From the NCBI GenBank assembly GCA_002069605.1, contig MWBQ01000021.1, forward strand, positions 55,818 to 119,817: a DNA stretch of 64,000 bases, given 5' to 3'. Below, piece by piece: positions 39,636 through 53,492 of the stretch. Position numbers and translations under genes: made by a program. This DNA comes from Candidatus Atribacter allofermentans. Lineage in GTDB: Bacteria; Atribacterota; Atribacteria; Atribacterales; Atribacteraceae. The notes below the pieces were generated by a model. That model saw only the letters and a program-made list of their open reading frames with translations. It did not search any database and had not been told where the DNA came from. The stretch's first letter is position 1, and every line of letters starts with the position of its first letter.

Positions 39636-39722
39636 GCCGAAGTGGCGGAATCGGCAGACGCACTAGACTCAAAATCTAGCGAGCTCCGGCTCGTGCGGGT
39701 TCAACTCCCGCCTTCGGCACCA
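39636..39722 (+). tRNA. tRNA-Leu(CAA): tRNA-Leu (anticodon CAA), type II with long variable arm, CCA encoded
   Basis: Hand-folded. Acceptor GCCGAAG/CTTCGGC; anticodon stem CTAGA/TCTAG with loop CTCAAAA (anticodon CAA); variable-arm hairpin GAGC-TCCG-GCTC; T arm GCGGG-TTCAACT-CCCGC; discriminator A plus CCA. Confidence 0.95.
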
Positions 39723-39738
39723 ACCATTTCTCTCGGAA

Positions 39739-40593
39739 TCATTCAATGTCGGTATCTATATAAAATCTTGGATTAGAACCATCTTGATTCCGGTTGTCTG
39801 CAGGCCCACTTTCAACACCACTTGCCGTCACTTTGATTTCTATTTGAGACGTATTGACGGATTCTTCAACTGTTACTCCAGCTTGTTGGGCTAAGATGCT
39901 TTGATACAAGGTTTCTACTTTTTTCTGCAGGGCATTGTTTTGACCATAATAGTTCGTAACATCTTTGATCAGCTGAAAGACTAGCTCCGAATCTTCGGGT
40001 GGACTGATAGCGGCTAAATCTAAGGCTTTTTGGTAACTGATATCAGCTTGGTCAGAAAGTAAACCACTGACCTGAGATCCTATCCAACGGAATAAACGAG
40101 CAGATAAAAAAGCTGAGATAAAGTCGTTTTGTCTGGCAATTGCTAACCCATAGGGGATGATAGTATCCCATGGTTGATCCCGATAATTTTCCGGAGAACC
40201 ATTCTGATAGAGAAAAACATTTTCTAAGTTTTGCCTTACTTGGTTGCTGATTCGAACCCGAGATGCCACATAGGATCGCCATTTTTTAAATGCTTCCCAA
40301 TGACCGGGTTGATTTTGGAGAATTATCTTCCACTCATTCATTGCCTGGGGAAATTCTTCCATCATCTCATAGGTTTTTCCCAACCAGTAACGAGCATCCC
40401 AATAATCAGGTTTGATTTGAATAGCCTGTTGATAGGATTCTTTCGCTTTCTCAAAGTTGTTTTGGGAGAAATAAATATAGCCATTTTTATAAAAAGTTTC
40501 TGCATCTTGAGAATAAGCAAATTGCTCTGAAGAAAGAACACCGATGAGCAACAAAAGCAACAGTACCAAGCAAAACCATCTCAGATAGGTCAT
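39739..40593 (-). CDS. Secreted TPR-repeat protein, function unknown
   Basis: Signal peptide MTYLRWFCLVLLLLLLIGVLS, then TPR-like repeats (..AETFYKNGYIYFSQNNFEKAKESYQQAIQIKPDYWDARYWLGKTY..). Start placed at ATG 40593, 7 nt after GAGGTGA; the track ORF starts at 40599. Confidence 0.6.
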   Translation of the reverse strand: MTYLRWFCLVLLLLLLIGVLSSEQFAYSQDAETFYKNGYIYFSQNNFEKAKESYQQAIQIKPDYWDARYWLGKTYEMMEEFPQAMNEWKIILQNQPGHWEAFKKWRSYVASRVRISNQVRQNLENVFLYQNGSPENYRDQPWDTIIPYGLAIARQNDFISAFLSARLFRWIGSQVSGLLSDQADISYQKALDLAAISPPEDSELVFQLIKDVTNYYGQNNALQKKVETLYQSILAQQAGVTVEESVNTSQIEIKVTASGVESGPADNRNQDGSNPRFYIDTDIE

Positions 40594-40605
40594 CACCATA
40601 TCACC

Positions 40606-43600
40606 TCATCCAGCCAACCAAACTCTCTTTTTTTGAACACCTTCCAAAATATTAAACAGGGCTTGTTCGAGTTCTTGATTCCAACTCACTCGAAATTGTT
40701 CACCCATTTCAATCGCCCATCGTTCCTGGTTACCAATCATATGCAGAATCACTGGTTGTGTCCCATTATGTCTTTGAAGACAATCTTTTAAGCTATAGAA
40801 AACCGATAAAGGATCATCGGGATTGGATATTTCTATGTGTACTGGTCTTTCATTTTGTTTTATTTTTTCCAGATCTAATATTTTTTCAACAATGACTTTA
40901 TTAACCCCGGAATCCAATACATCTACTCTTCCCTCTAAACAGAGAACATTCTCTTTTTCAAGAATATTTTGAAGCTTTTCGGCAATTTTTGGGAAAAAGA
41001 TGGTTTCTAATGTTCCGGTTTCATCTTCAAGGGTTACAAAGTACATATCTTTTCCAGTTTTGGTGGTGATTCTTCTGGATTCAACGATGGCTCCCATAAT
41101 CCGAACCGCAGCTTTTTCCTTCATCATTTGAACTTGTTCAAAGGGAATGACATTTAAAAATGTGTAGGAGGCAAGAGCATTTCTAACTGGATGATCACTG
41201 ATATAAAGGCCGATTATTTCTTTTTCCATGGCGAGCAGGTCTCGAGTTCGAAATTCTGAGACTTCCTTGAGGGTAAGTGTTTCTTGCATGATCGGTTTCA
41301 AATCGCCAAAAAGTGTAGCCTGTTGAGGTTGATTTCTTTTTTTTCGTTTGGCATAAAAATGGATAATTTCTTCTAAGGAGCTGAAGAGTTGATTTCGATT
41401 GTGATGAAGACTGTCGAAAGCTCCGGCTTTGATGAGGCTTTCGACAACCCGTTTGTTAATTACTCTTTGATCGACCCGTTCCATAAAGTCGAATATATTT
41501 TGAAAACGAGCTTCTTTTCTCCGAGTTAAAATTTCGTTCACGGCGTTTTCGCCAACATTCTTAATCGCTGCCAGTCCAAATCGGATTTTCTTTTCCCCAA
41601 CTACGGTAAAATTGGCTAAACTCTCGTTGACATCAGGTGGAAGTATTTTGATGGATAGTCGGCGAGCTTCCATAATAAATTTAGCAATTTTATCAGTATC
41701 TTCCTGAATACTGGTAAGGCAAGCGGTGAGATACTCGGTGGGATAATGGGCTTTGAGATAGGCAGTTTGATAGGATATAAAAGCATAAGCGGCACTATGT
41801 GACTTGTTAAAACCATATCCAGCAAAATATTCTATAAGGTCAAAAATCTCGGCAGCGGTTTTGGGGTCGTGACCTTTTTCTTTGGCTCCCTGGATAAACC
41901 GGTCTCTTTGTTGCTCCATAACGTCGGCTTTTTTCTTTCCCATGGCTCGACGGAGAATATCGGCCTGACCCAGGGTAAAACCTGCTAGTTCACTGGCAAT
42001 TTTCATGACCTGCTCCTGGTAGAGAATGACACCATAGGTTTCTTTCAAGATCTCTTCCAAACTTGGGTGAGGATAAGTTACTTTAACCTTCCCATGTTTT
42101 CTTTTAATGAAATCATCAATCATTCCACTTCCCAATGGCCCAGGTCGATAGAGGGCTAAAAGCGCCGTCAATTCTTCAATCACAGTGGGGTGGAATCTTT
42201 TTAGAAGTTCCTTCATACCAGAGCTTTCCAGTTGGAATACTCCGGTTGTTTCTCCCCGCCCTAATAATTCATAGGTTTCTTGGTCATCAAGAGCAATGGT
42301 ATCCAGATTAATTTCTTTTTGAGCGGTTTTTTTAATTATATTTAAAGTTCGTTCAATGACGGTAAGGGTTCTTAAACCTAAAAAATCCATCTTGAGCAAA
42401 CCCAACTCACCTAAAGTGTCCATATCGAATTGGGTAACGATTTCATTGTTGCTCATTTTTTGGAGAGGAACATACTCGGTAAGGGGTTTATGGGAAATTA
42501 CTACTCCGGCAGCATGCATCGAAGCGTGGCGACAGAGCCCTTCAATTCTTTGGGCGATTTCTAAAAGTTGGGCAACGTTTGAATCATTTTTAACCAGTTT
42601 TTTTAATTCAGTGTTGGTATCGATTGCCCTTTCAAGAGTCACACCCGGCGCTCCTGGAATGAGCTTGGCGATTTTATCAACCTCTCCATAGCTCCAGCCC
42701 AAAGCCCGACCCACATCACGAACCGCCCCTCGAGCCATCATGCGGCCAAAGGTAATGATTTGAGCAACATGGGTGTGTCCATATTTATTGGAAACGTAGT
42801 CAATGACCTCTCCCCTTCTTTCAAAGCAAAAGTCGATATCAATATCAGGCATACTAATTCGTTCTGGATTCAGAAAACGTTCGAATAAAAGCCCATAACG
42901 AAGGGGATCAATATTGGTTATTCCAAGAGAATAGGAAACTAAACTACCAGCCGCTGATCCTCTTCCCGGTCCAACCATGATTCCCTTCTCTCGAGAATAT
43001 TTGACAAAGTCCCATACAATCAAAAAATAAGCATCATAACCCATATTATTAATAACGGTTAATTCATATTCTAATTGGTTTCTGACTTTTTCAGGGGGTG
43101 GATCTCCATAACGATGTTGAAGCCCCTCAAGGCAAAGATGTCGGAGGTATCCAGGAACATCAAATCCCTCAGGAACGGAAAATTCCGGTAGGAGAACCTG
43201 GCCCAACTCCAATTTTACCTCACACGATTCGGCAATCCTTTGGGTATTCTCAATCGCTTCAGGAACTGAGGAAAAGTCCCGGATCATTTCTTCCGGAGTT
43301 TTAAGAAAGAACTCTTGAGTGGGGAAACGGAGTCTTTTTGGGTCATTGAGATTGGTAGCGGTTTGAATAGCCAAAATAATCTCATGGACTCGGGCGTCCT
43401 CCTGGTTGAGATAATGAGAATCGTTGGTTGCTACAAATGGGATATTGAGTTTTTTTCCAATTTGAATCAAAGCCCGATTAACCTGAGTTTGTTCGGGAAT
43501 TTTATTTTCTTGCAGCTCTAAATAAAAAGAATCACTTCCGAAAAGTTCACGGTATTCAGCTGCTAAATTTTCAGCCTCTTTTTGCTTCCCAGCTAAAATG

Positions 43601-44037
43601 AGCGAGGGAATTTCCCCGGCTAAACAGGCGCTGAGAGCGATGAGGCCTTCCGAGTGCTCTTGTAACAAAGCCCGATCGATACGGGGTTTATAATAAAATC
43701 CTTCAAGAAACCCTAAACTCACCAGCTTAACCAGATTCTGATATCCGGTTTGATTGCGAGCCAGTAAAACTAAATGAAAAGCATTTTCTTCACCCTTAGT
43801 TATAGTTTTCTCAAAACGACTGCCGGGGGCAATATAAGCTTCACATCCAATTATCGGTTTGATGCCGGCATTCTGAGCTTGCTTATAAAAATCGATGACT
43901 CCATACATCACACCATGGTCGGTGATAGCTATCGATTCCATACCGGTTTCTCGTGCTTTTTGGAGAAGTTCTTGAATGCGAATCGATCCATCCAATAAGC
44001 TGTATTCGGTATGGAGATGAAGGTGAGTAAAGTTCAT
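40606..44037 (-). CDS. dnaE: DNA polymerase III alpha subunit
   Basis: 1143-aa ORF with N-terminal PHP domain (FTHLHLHTEYSLLDGS, ITDHGVMYG), polymerase core, HhH and OB-fold. No intein-like insertion seen. Confidence 0.95.
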   Translation of the reverse strand: MNFTHLHLHTEYSLLDGSIRIQELLQKARETGMESIAITDHGVMYGVIDFYKQAQNAGIKPIIGCEAYIAPGSRFEKTITKGEENAFHLVLLARNQTGYQNLVKLVSLGFLEGFYYKPRIDRALLQEHSEGLIALSACLAGEIPSLILAGKQKEAENLAAEYRELFGSDSFYLELQENKIPEQTQVNRALIQIGKKLNIPFVATNDSHYLNQEDARVHEIILAIQTATNLNDPKRLRFPTQEFFLKTPEEMIRDFSSVPEAIENTQRIAESCEVKLELGQVLLPEFSVPEGFDVPGYLRHLCLEGLQHRYGDPPPEKVRNQLEYELTVINNMGYDAYFLIVWDFVKYSREKGIMVGPGRGSAAGSLVSYSLGITNIDPLRYGLLFERFLNPERISMPDIDIDFCFERRGEVIDYVSNKYGHTHVAQIITFGRMMARGAVRDVGRALGWSYGEVDKIAKLIPGAPGVTLERAIDTNTELKKLVKNDSNVAQLLEIAQRIEGLCRHASMHAAGVVISHKPLTEYVPLQKMSNNEIVTQFDMDTLGELGLLKMDFLGLRTLTVIERTLNIIKKTAQKEINLDTIALDDQETYELLGRGETTGVFQLESSGMKELLKRFHPTVIEELTALLALYRPGPLGSGMIDDFIKRKHGKVKVTYPHPSLEEILKETYGVILYQEQVMKIASELAGFTLGQADILRRAMGKKKADVMEQQRDRFIQGAKEKGHDPKTAAEIFDLIEYFAGYGFNKSHSAAYAFISYQTAYLKAHYPTEYLTACLTSIQEDTDKIAKFIMEARRLSIKILPPDVNESLANFTVVGEKKIRFGLAAIKNVGENAVNEILTRRKEARFQNIFDFMERVDQRVINKRVVESLIKAGAFDSLHHNRNQLFSSLEEIIHFYAKRKKRNQPQQATLFGDLKPIMQETLTLKEVSEFRTRDLLAMEKEIIGLYISDHPVRNALASYTFLNVIPFEQVQMMKEKAAVRIMGAIVESRRITTKTGKDMYFVTLEDETGTLETIFFPKIAEKLQNILEKENVLCLEGRVDVLDSGVNKVIVEKILDLEKIKQNERPVHIEISNPDDPLSVFYSLKDCLQRHNGTQPVILHMIGNQERWAIEMGEQFRVSWNQELEQALFNILEGVQKKRVWLAG

Positions 44038-44041
44038 TTGG

Positions 44042-45493
44042 TTATCCCTCGGCCGATAATTCTTTATTGAGGATGCTTTTTACTAGATCGGGATTAGCTT
44101 GCCCTCGAGTGGTTTTCATGACTTGACCAATAAGAAAATGAAAGGCTTTTTCTTTTCCACCTAAAAAATCAGCAACACTTTGTGGATTTTGTTCGATGAC
44201 TTGACGAACAATTTTTTCAATTTCTTTTTCACTGTTAATTTGAGAAATTCCCTTCTTTGCCATGATTTCTTTAGCTCGACCCCCGGTTTGAAACATCTCT
44301 TCCAGGATAGTTTTGGCAATGGTCCCGCTGATTTCTTTTTTATCAATCATCTTGAGTAATTCCATAAAAGATGAAGGAGTAATCTTGCTTTGCTTAATAT
44401 CTATATCAAGAGCATTCAGATTTTTTAGGACTTCAGTTATGGTCCAATTGGCAATAAATTTTGGTTTATTTAATTCCTGTATACAAATTTCAAAGAAATC
44501 GGCCAACGATTTATCTTGAACCAGAACATTGGCGTCTTGCTCAGTAAGTTCAAAATCAATCATAAATCTTTCCTTTCGTTCTAAGGGGAGTTCCGGAAGT
44601 GATGATTCGATTTGTTGAATAACTTCTTCCTGAACTAGATAAGGGAGAAGATCGGGATCGGGAAAGTAACGGTAATCTTCCGCATCTTCTTTCCCCCGGG
44701 AAGAAACAGTTACTTCATTGATTTCATCCCAATGACGAGTTTCTTGCGGAACACAATTCCCCTCTTCTAAACATCTTTTTTGCCGATCAATTTCATATTC
44801 CAATGCCCGGAATACCGAACGGAAAGAATTCATATTTTTAACCTCGACCTTGGCTCCCATTTGATCGGGATGGGATGAAATGGATATATTGGCATCACAT
44901 CGTAATGATCCTTCCTCCATATTCCCATCGCTGACTTCGATGAATCGCACCAAATCCCGAAGAGCGATTAAACTATCCCGGGCTTCTTCGGAGTGATGAA
45001 GGTCGGGTTCGGTGACTATTTCAACCAGAGGGATACCGCAACGGTTAAAGTCTACACCTGAACTGTTTTCAGGAAGATTGATTCCTTCATGGATGAGTTT
45101 TCCGGCATCTTCTTCAATATGGACTCGTTTAATCCGAACCTGTTTTTTTTCACCCTGGGTTAAAAACTCAAAGTAACCATTAACACCAATAGGAAGGTCA
45201 TATTGAGAGATTTGATACCCCTTGGGAAGATCGGGATAAAAGTAGTTTTTTCGGTGAAAAACTACCTTCGGGAGCAACTGACAGTGAAGTGAAGAAGCCG
45301 TTCGAATGGCCAGTTGCATGGCGTAGTGATTCATAACTGGTAATGAACCTGGAAGCCCCAAACAAACTGGACATACCAAGCTGTTCGGTGGTTTGCCGAT
45401 GTAATCGGTTCCGCATTGGCAAAAGAGTTTTGCCTGGGTGAGAAGCTGACAGTGAACTTCTAAACCTATGGTAATATGCCAAGCACTCATCAA
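44042..45493 (-). CDS. gatB: Asp/Glu-tRNA(Asn/Gln) amidotransferase subunit B
   Basis: 483-aa ORF; IGLEVHCQL... N-terminus and C-terminal YqeY-like tail. ATGA overlap with gatA. Confidence 0.95.
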   Translation of the reverse strand: MMSAWHITIGLEVHCQLLTQAKLFCQCGTDYIGKPPNSLVCPVCLGLPGSLPVMNHYAMQLAIRTASSLHCQLLPKVVFHRKNYFYPDLPKGYQISQYDLPIGVNGYFEFLTQGEKKQVRIKRVHIEEDAGKLIHEGINLPENSSGVDFNRCGIPLVEIVTEPDLHHSEEARDSLIALRDLVRFIEVSDGNMEEGSLRCDANISISSHPDQMGAKVEVKNMNSFRSVFRALEYEIDRQKRCLEEGNCVPQETRHWDEINEVTVSSRGKEDAEDYRYFPDPDLLPYLVQEEVIQQIESSLPELPLERKERFMIDFELTEQDANVLVQDKSLADFFEICIQELNKPKFIANWTITEVLKNLNALDIDIKQSKITPSSFMELLKMIDKKEISGTIAKTILEEMFQTGGRAKEIMAKKGISQINSEKEIEKIVRQVIEQNPQSVADFLGGKEKAFHFLIGQVMKTTRGQANPDLVKSILNKELSAEG

Positions 45494-46983
45494 AGCACCT
45501 CCTTTTTGGAATGAATCGAACCAATATCGGGAGGTGAAATCGAGAGAATTTTTTCTAAAAAGGAAGCAAAACTAAATATTTTTCCTTCCTGAAAAGGTGC
45601 TCCTAAGATCTGCAATCCTATGGGAAGATGTTGGTGATACCCACAATTAAGCGAAAGAGCCGGAATGCCCGCCATAGCTGAAGGAATGGTAAAAACATCA
45701 GTTAAGTACATTTGATAGGGATCATGGCTCTTTTCTCCAAACTTAAAAGGCATACTGGGTGTTGTTGGAGTGAGAAGGATGTCGCATTTCTCAAAACTCT
45801 CTTCAAAGTCCTTTTTTACCAAAGTACGAACCTGCATTCCTTTGAGGTAGAATTCATCGTAATATCCTGAACTTAAACAATAGGTACCTAAAATAATCCG
45901 GCGAAGTACTTCTTTACCAAAGCCGGTGGTTCTGGTTCGAGTATAGAGGTCTTGAAGATTGAGGGGATGATGGCACCGATAACCATAAGCAATACCATCA
46001 TAGCGGGCTAAATTGGAAGAAGCTTCAGCTGGGGCTACGATATAATAGGCTTCCAAAGCGTAATCGGTATGAGGGAGTGAAACCTCTACCACTTCGAATC
46101 CTTCCTTGGCGAGAATGTTGAGGACTTCTTGAATTCGCTGGGTAATAGAGGGATCTATTCCAGTGGAGAAATATTCCTTGGCAACTCCCACCTTCATTTT
46201 TTTAATCTCATCCTCGGGAAGGCAATCGGATGAAGAGAAAGGAGGATAAGGAGCACAGGTCGAATCCCGGTCGTCTTGACCACTGATCACTGAAAAAAGT
46301 GCCCGACTATCTTGGACGCTACGAGTGAGGGTTCCAATTTGGTCAAGGGAAGAAGCGAAACTAATTAACCCATAACGTGAGACTCGACCATAAGTGGGAC
46401 GCAGTCCCACAATTCCACAGAAAGCCGCTGGTTGACGGACTGATCCACCAGTGTCAGAACCCAGCGCCAATGGTGCTTCAAGAGCAGCCACACTTGCCGC
46501 TGATCCCCCGCTGGAACCGCCGGGTACTCGATTGGGATCGAAAGGATTTCTGGTTGGCCCAAAACCGCTATTTTCAGTTGAAGAACCCATGGCGAATTCG
46601 TCCATGTTGGTTTTTCCTAAAAAAATACCGCCCGCTTTTTTTATTTTTTCAATAACGGTCGCATCAAAAGGTGAATGGTAATTACTGAGAATTCTCGATC
46701 CACAAGTAGTCGGCAATCCTTGGATGCAAATGTTGTCTTTAATGGCTATGGGAATACCATAGAGAGGAGGAAATTCAGCTTCTCCGAATTTTTTTTCTTC
46801 CAACTCCCGAGCCCGTTGCAGGGCACCGGTTTCATCAATCGTCAAAAATGCTCGGAGGGAAGGGTCAAGAAGATGAATACGATCCAGAAAGAGTTGGGTG
46901 ATTTCAGTCGGGGAGATTTCTTCATTCTTATAAGCATTCTGATAGTCTTCAACAGTAAAATTTTTAACAGTATCGATATTCAT
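45490..46983 (-). CDS. gatA: Glutamyl-tRNA(Gln) amidotransferase subunit A
   Basis: Amidase signature GGSSGGSAASVA. Start placed at ATG 46983 (MNIDTVKNFTVEDYQNAYKNEEISPTEITQ), one nt after the gatC stop (TAAAATG). The track ORF carries a spurious 57-codon extension across gatC. Confidence 0.95.
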   Translation of the reverse strand: MNIDTVKNFTVEDYQNAYKNEEISPTEITQLFLDRIHLLDPSLRAFLTIDETGALQRARELEEKKFGEAEFPPLYGIPIAIKDNICIQGLPTTCGSRILSNYHSPFDATVIEKIKKAGGIFLGKTNMDEFAMGSSTENSGFGPTRNPFDPNRVPGGSSGGSAASVAALEAPLALGSDTGGSVRQPAAFCGIVGLRPTYGRVSRYGLISFASSLDQIGTLTRSVQDSRALFSVISGQDDRDSTCAPYPPFSSSDCLPEDEIKKMKVGVAKEYFSTGIDPSITQRIQEVLNILAKEGFEVVEVSLPHTDYALEAYYIVAPAEASSNLARYDGIAYGYRCHHPLNLQDLYTRTRTTGFGKEVLRRIILGTYCLSSGYYDEFYLKGMQVRTLVKKDFEESFEKCDILLTPTTPSMPFKFGEKSHDPYQMYLTDVFTIPSAMAGIPALSLNCGYHQHLPIGLQILGAPFQEGKIFSFASFLEKILSISPPDIGSIHSKKEVL

Positions 46984-46984
46984 T

Positions 46985-47290
46985 TTATTCCTCCTGTTTG
47001 TCAACCACTTTTGGCACAATAAAATATTGATCGATGACGGCTGGTGCCTGGGAAAATAGCTCTTCTCCTCCCATCCATTCTCGAGGCTCGTCGGGATTAG
47101 ATGGTGGTTGGCTCCAGGAGATGTGTGAAGTGGGTGAAACCTCCTTGAGTTCAAGACGATTCAATTTATCAAAATGTGAAAGGATATCATTGATTTCTAA
47201 GAAAAACTGTTCCAAATCGATATCGGGAATGGACAGCTTGGCAAGAGCAACGACTTTTTTTATTTCCGACAATGAAATTGTCTCTGGCAA
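46985..47290 (-). CDS. gatC: Glutamyl-tRNA(Gln) amidotransferase subunit C
   Basis: GatC-like sequence (..ISLSEIKKVVALAKLSIPDIDLEQFFLEINDILSHFDKL..). Start placed at TTG 47290 with GGAAAGGAG 8 nt upstream. The track start (TTG 47332) has no SD. Confidence 0.85.
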   Translation of the reverse strand: MPETISLSEIKKVVALAKLSIPDIDLEQFFLEINDILSHFDKLNRLELKEVSPTSHISWSQPPSNPDEPREWMGGEELFSQAPAVIDQYFIVPKVVDKQEE

Positions 47291-47384
47291 TCGACCCACT
47301 CCTTTCCTGCGGGGGGTATATTCTGTTATCAATAACTGTATTTAGTTCTTTGATGAATCTGATGTTGTCATACAATACCATACT

Positions 47385-50754
<3,370 letters not shown>

Positions 50755-50790
50755 TTATTTTTCCTATATTATTTATATGTTATTGAATTT

Positions 50791-52326
50791 CTATTCCCAT
50801 TCAATAGTTGCTGGTGGCTTAGAAGTAATATCAAAAACCATCCGCCCAATACCAGCAACTTTATTCACTACTCGGCGGGCGATAATGTCTAAGGTTTCAT
50901 AGGAGATTTTTGCCCAATCGGCAGTCATTCCATCTTCGCTCATGACGGCACGAAGAACACCAACATACTTATAAGTTCTTTCATCCCCCATGATTCCTAC
51001 ACTTCGAACTGGAACCAACACTCCGAAAGATTGCCATAGTTTTTTGAAAATTGGGGAATTTTTCAACTCTTGATAGATGATGTAATCCATATCCCGTAAA
51101 ATTTCCAGTCGGTTTTCGGTCACTTCACCAATAATTCTGACTGCAAGACCCGGACCTGGAAACGGCTGTCGCCAAACAATCTCATCAGGAATGCCTAATT
51201 CTAATGCTAATTGTCGAACTTCATCCTTAAAAAGGAATCGCAAAGGTTCGATTACCCGAAGGTGCATCAGTTCAGGAAGCCCGCCAACATTATGGTGGCT
51301 TTTGATTTTCACCGATGGCCCGCAAACCGAGATACTTTCTATAACATCAGGATAAGTAGTGCCCTGGAGTAAGCAAGTGGCATCACCTAAATTTCGGGCT
51401 TCTTCTTCAAAAACTTCGATAAATACCCGGCCGATGATTTTTCTTTTTTGTTCTGGGTCGACGACACCCTGGAGTTCATTTAAAAAACGGTCTTTGGCAT
51501 CGACGGCAATAACCCGTCCCTTCCCTAATAAGGCTTCCATATTTCGGAGAACGTGTTCTGGCTCACCCTTTCTCATCAAACCGTTATTCACAAAGATACA
51601 GCTCAGCTGGTCACCGATCGCTCGATAAGTCAAAACTGCTGCAGTCACTGAATCAACTCCACCACTTAAAGCACAGATTACTTTTTCCTTTTGAGTAGTA
51701 TTGCGGAGCCATTGTATTTGTTGTTTAATGATTGATTCTGCAGTCCAATCCGAGGAACAACCACAGACGTTAAAAATGAAGTTGGATAAAATCTCTTTTC
51801 CTAAGGGTGTATGAGACACTTCAGGGTGAAACTGAATTCCCCAAATTCTTCTCTGATCGTCAACAATGGCAGCATAATCACAGGTTTCGGTTCGAGCAAT
51901 ACATTGAAATTGTGGTGGGATTTCTTTAACGCTATCACCGTGGCTCATCCAGCAAACCATTTCATTTCCAAAACCTTCAAAAATACCTCTTTTTTCCAAA
52001 ATTGTCAGGAGAGCTTTTCCATATTCCCGAGTTTGAGATTGGACCACCTTGCCACCTAAGGTTTTCACTAAAAGATGAAGACCGTAACATATCCCCAATA
52101 GTGGTTTATTGGATTTGAGAATCATCTCTTCCAGCTGAGGAGCACGAGGATCAGCAACGCTATAGGGACTTCCTGAGAGAATGATCCCTTTGATATCGGA
52201 ACTATTCAAATCGCATTCTTTCAAGTGATAAGGCCAGATCTCACAATAAACCTGATACTCTCTGATTCTTCGGGCAATAAGCTGGGTATATTGGGAACCA
52301 AAATCTAAAATAACGATTTTGTCCAT
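50791..52326 (-). CDS. guaA: GMP synthase (glutamine-hydrolysing)
   Basis: 511-aa ORF with an N-terminal class I GATase (GICYG..., HPE), ATP-PPase motif SGGVDS and C-terminal ...KPPATIEWE. Confidence 0.95.
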   Translation of the reverse strand: MDKIVILDFGSQYTQLIARRIREYQVYCEIWPYHLKECDLNSSDIKGIILSGSPYSVADPRAPQLEEMILKSNKPLLGICYGLHLLVKTLGGKVVQSQTREYGKALLTILEKRGIFEGFGNEMVCWMSHGDSVKEIPPQFQCIARTETCDYAAIVDDQRRIWGIQFHPEVSHTPLGKEILSNFIFNVCGCSSDWTAESIIKQQIQWLRNTTQKEKVICALSGGVDSVTAAVLTYRAIGDQLSCIFVNNGLMRKGEPEHVLRNMEALLGKGRVIAVDAKDRFLNELQGVVDPEQKRKIIGRVFIEVFEEEARNLGDATCLLQGTTYPDVIESISVCGPSVKIKSHHNVGGLPELMHLRVIEPLRFLFKDEVRQLALELGIPDEIVWRQPFPGPGLAVRIIGEVTENRLEILRDMDYIIYQELKNSPIFKKLWQSFGVLVPVRSVGIMGDERTYKYVGVLRAVMSEDGMTADWAKISYETLDIIARRVVNKVAGIGRMVFDITSKPPATIEWE

Positions 52327-53492
52327 TATGACCTCCCCATGCCGACTCCCTGAATTTTCTGAAGAAATTTTCCTTCAGTCCAAATGCTCGGAGATATATC
52401 GATAGGGACTTGCTGCATTTCTTTGATGTTTTGAGCACCTAGAGAACCCATTGAGCCTCTCAAGGCACCAATAAAATTCATCGTTCCGTCGGTGACATGA
52501 CTAGGTCCAAGTAAAATTTCTTTTAAGGTTCCTTTAATGCCAACATTAACCAACGTGCCGCGGGGAAGATTGGGGTCAGGGGTTGCCATTCCCCAGTGAT
52601 GACCTTGGCCAGGAGCTTCCTGCGCCGAGGCTAAAGGAGAACCAAGCATGACGGCGTCAGCACCGCTGGCAATTGCTTTGGCAACGTCACCACCAACTCT
52701 CATTCCTCCATCGGTAATGACTGTAACATACCGACCGGTTTCTTTCCAATAGTCATAGCGGGCAGCAGCAGCATCAATCGTGGCCGTAATTTGAGGAATA
52801 CCTATTCCCAATACAGCACGGGTAGTACAGGCAGCACCTGGTCCGATACCCACCAGAATTCCTGAAGCACCAGCTTTCATTAATTCAAGAGCTACTTCAT
52901 AGGTTGCACAATTCCCGACGATCACCGGTATGGGAAGGTCCTGGCAAAAGCTTTTTAAATCGAAAGCAGCACTGCGAGAAGATAAAAATTCCCGAGTGGT
53001 GACTGTGGACTGGATGACCAAGATATCAAGTCCTGCTTCGATGGCAGCAATACCTAAGGTTTGAGCTCGAGAAGGAGTAACTGATGCGGCGGTAAGAACA
53101 CCCTGGGATTTAATTTGCTCGATTCGTTCTTTTATCAGTGATTTTTGAATTGGTTCTTGATAAGTTTTTTGCAAGTAACTAGTGATTTCTTCTCGTGATT
53201 TTTGAATAAACGTGGAAATCAAGGGGTAGGGATCTTGATAACGACAGAAAATACCCTCCAGATTGAGAACTCCCATGGCACCCAATTTTCCCATAGTTAC
53301 AGCCATAATCGGATCAATTACTCCGTCCATGGCTGCTCCAAGTATGGGGAGGTTGAGATGCCTATTCCCAATTGAGATGCTCAGGTCAATATCTAGCGGG
53401 TCAATGGTTCGAAGTCCAGGAACCAAGGAAATTTCATCAAACCCGTAAGTCATTCGAGCCATTCGGTATTTTCCTAATGACACTTCATGCAT
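52326..53492 (-). CDS. IMP dehydrogenase-family protein lacking the CBS pair (GuaB3 / IMPDH-related type)
   Basis: About 388 aa. IMPDH-like TIM barrel with a Cys-containing loop GIGPGAACTTR (canonical: GIGPGSICTTR) and GGMRVGGDVAKAIASGADAVMLGS. Too short for the about 120-aa CBS insert. Start placed at ATG 53492 (AAGGTG 6 nt upstream); the track start is GTG 53501. 1-nt overlap (TAATG) with guaA. Confidence 0.8.
   Translation of the reverse strand: MHEVSLGKYRMARMTYGFDEISLVPGLRTIDPLDIDLSISIGNRHLNLPILGAAMDGVIDPIMAVTMGKLGAMGVLNLEGIFCRYQDPYPLISTFIQKSREEITSYLQKTYQEPIQKSLIKERIEQIKSQGVLTAASVTPSRAQTLGIAAIEAGLDILVIQSTVTTREFLSSRSAAFDLKSFCQDLPIPVIVGNCATYEVALELMKAGASGILVGIGPGAACTTRAVLGIGIPQITATIDAAAARYDYWKETGRYVTVITDGGMRVGGDVAKAIASGADAVMLGSPLASAQEAPGQGHHWGMATPDPNLPRGTLVNVGIKGTLKEILLGPSHVTDGTMNFIGALRGSMGSLGAQNIKEMQQVPIDISPSIWTEGKFLQKIQGVGMGRS

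Noticed and set aside
46984-47154. 57-codon N-terminal extension of the gatA ORF overlapping gatC. Similar 5' extensions occur in the track for nusA, infB, tpiA, gap, rimI, tsaB and the Opp-like B, C and D genes.
   Set aside because: The conserved protein N-termini begin at downstream start codons that have proper SD spacing and abut the upstream stop. The extensions overlap neighbouring genes and match nothing in the families.
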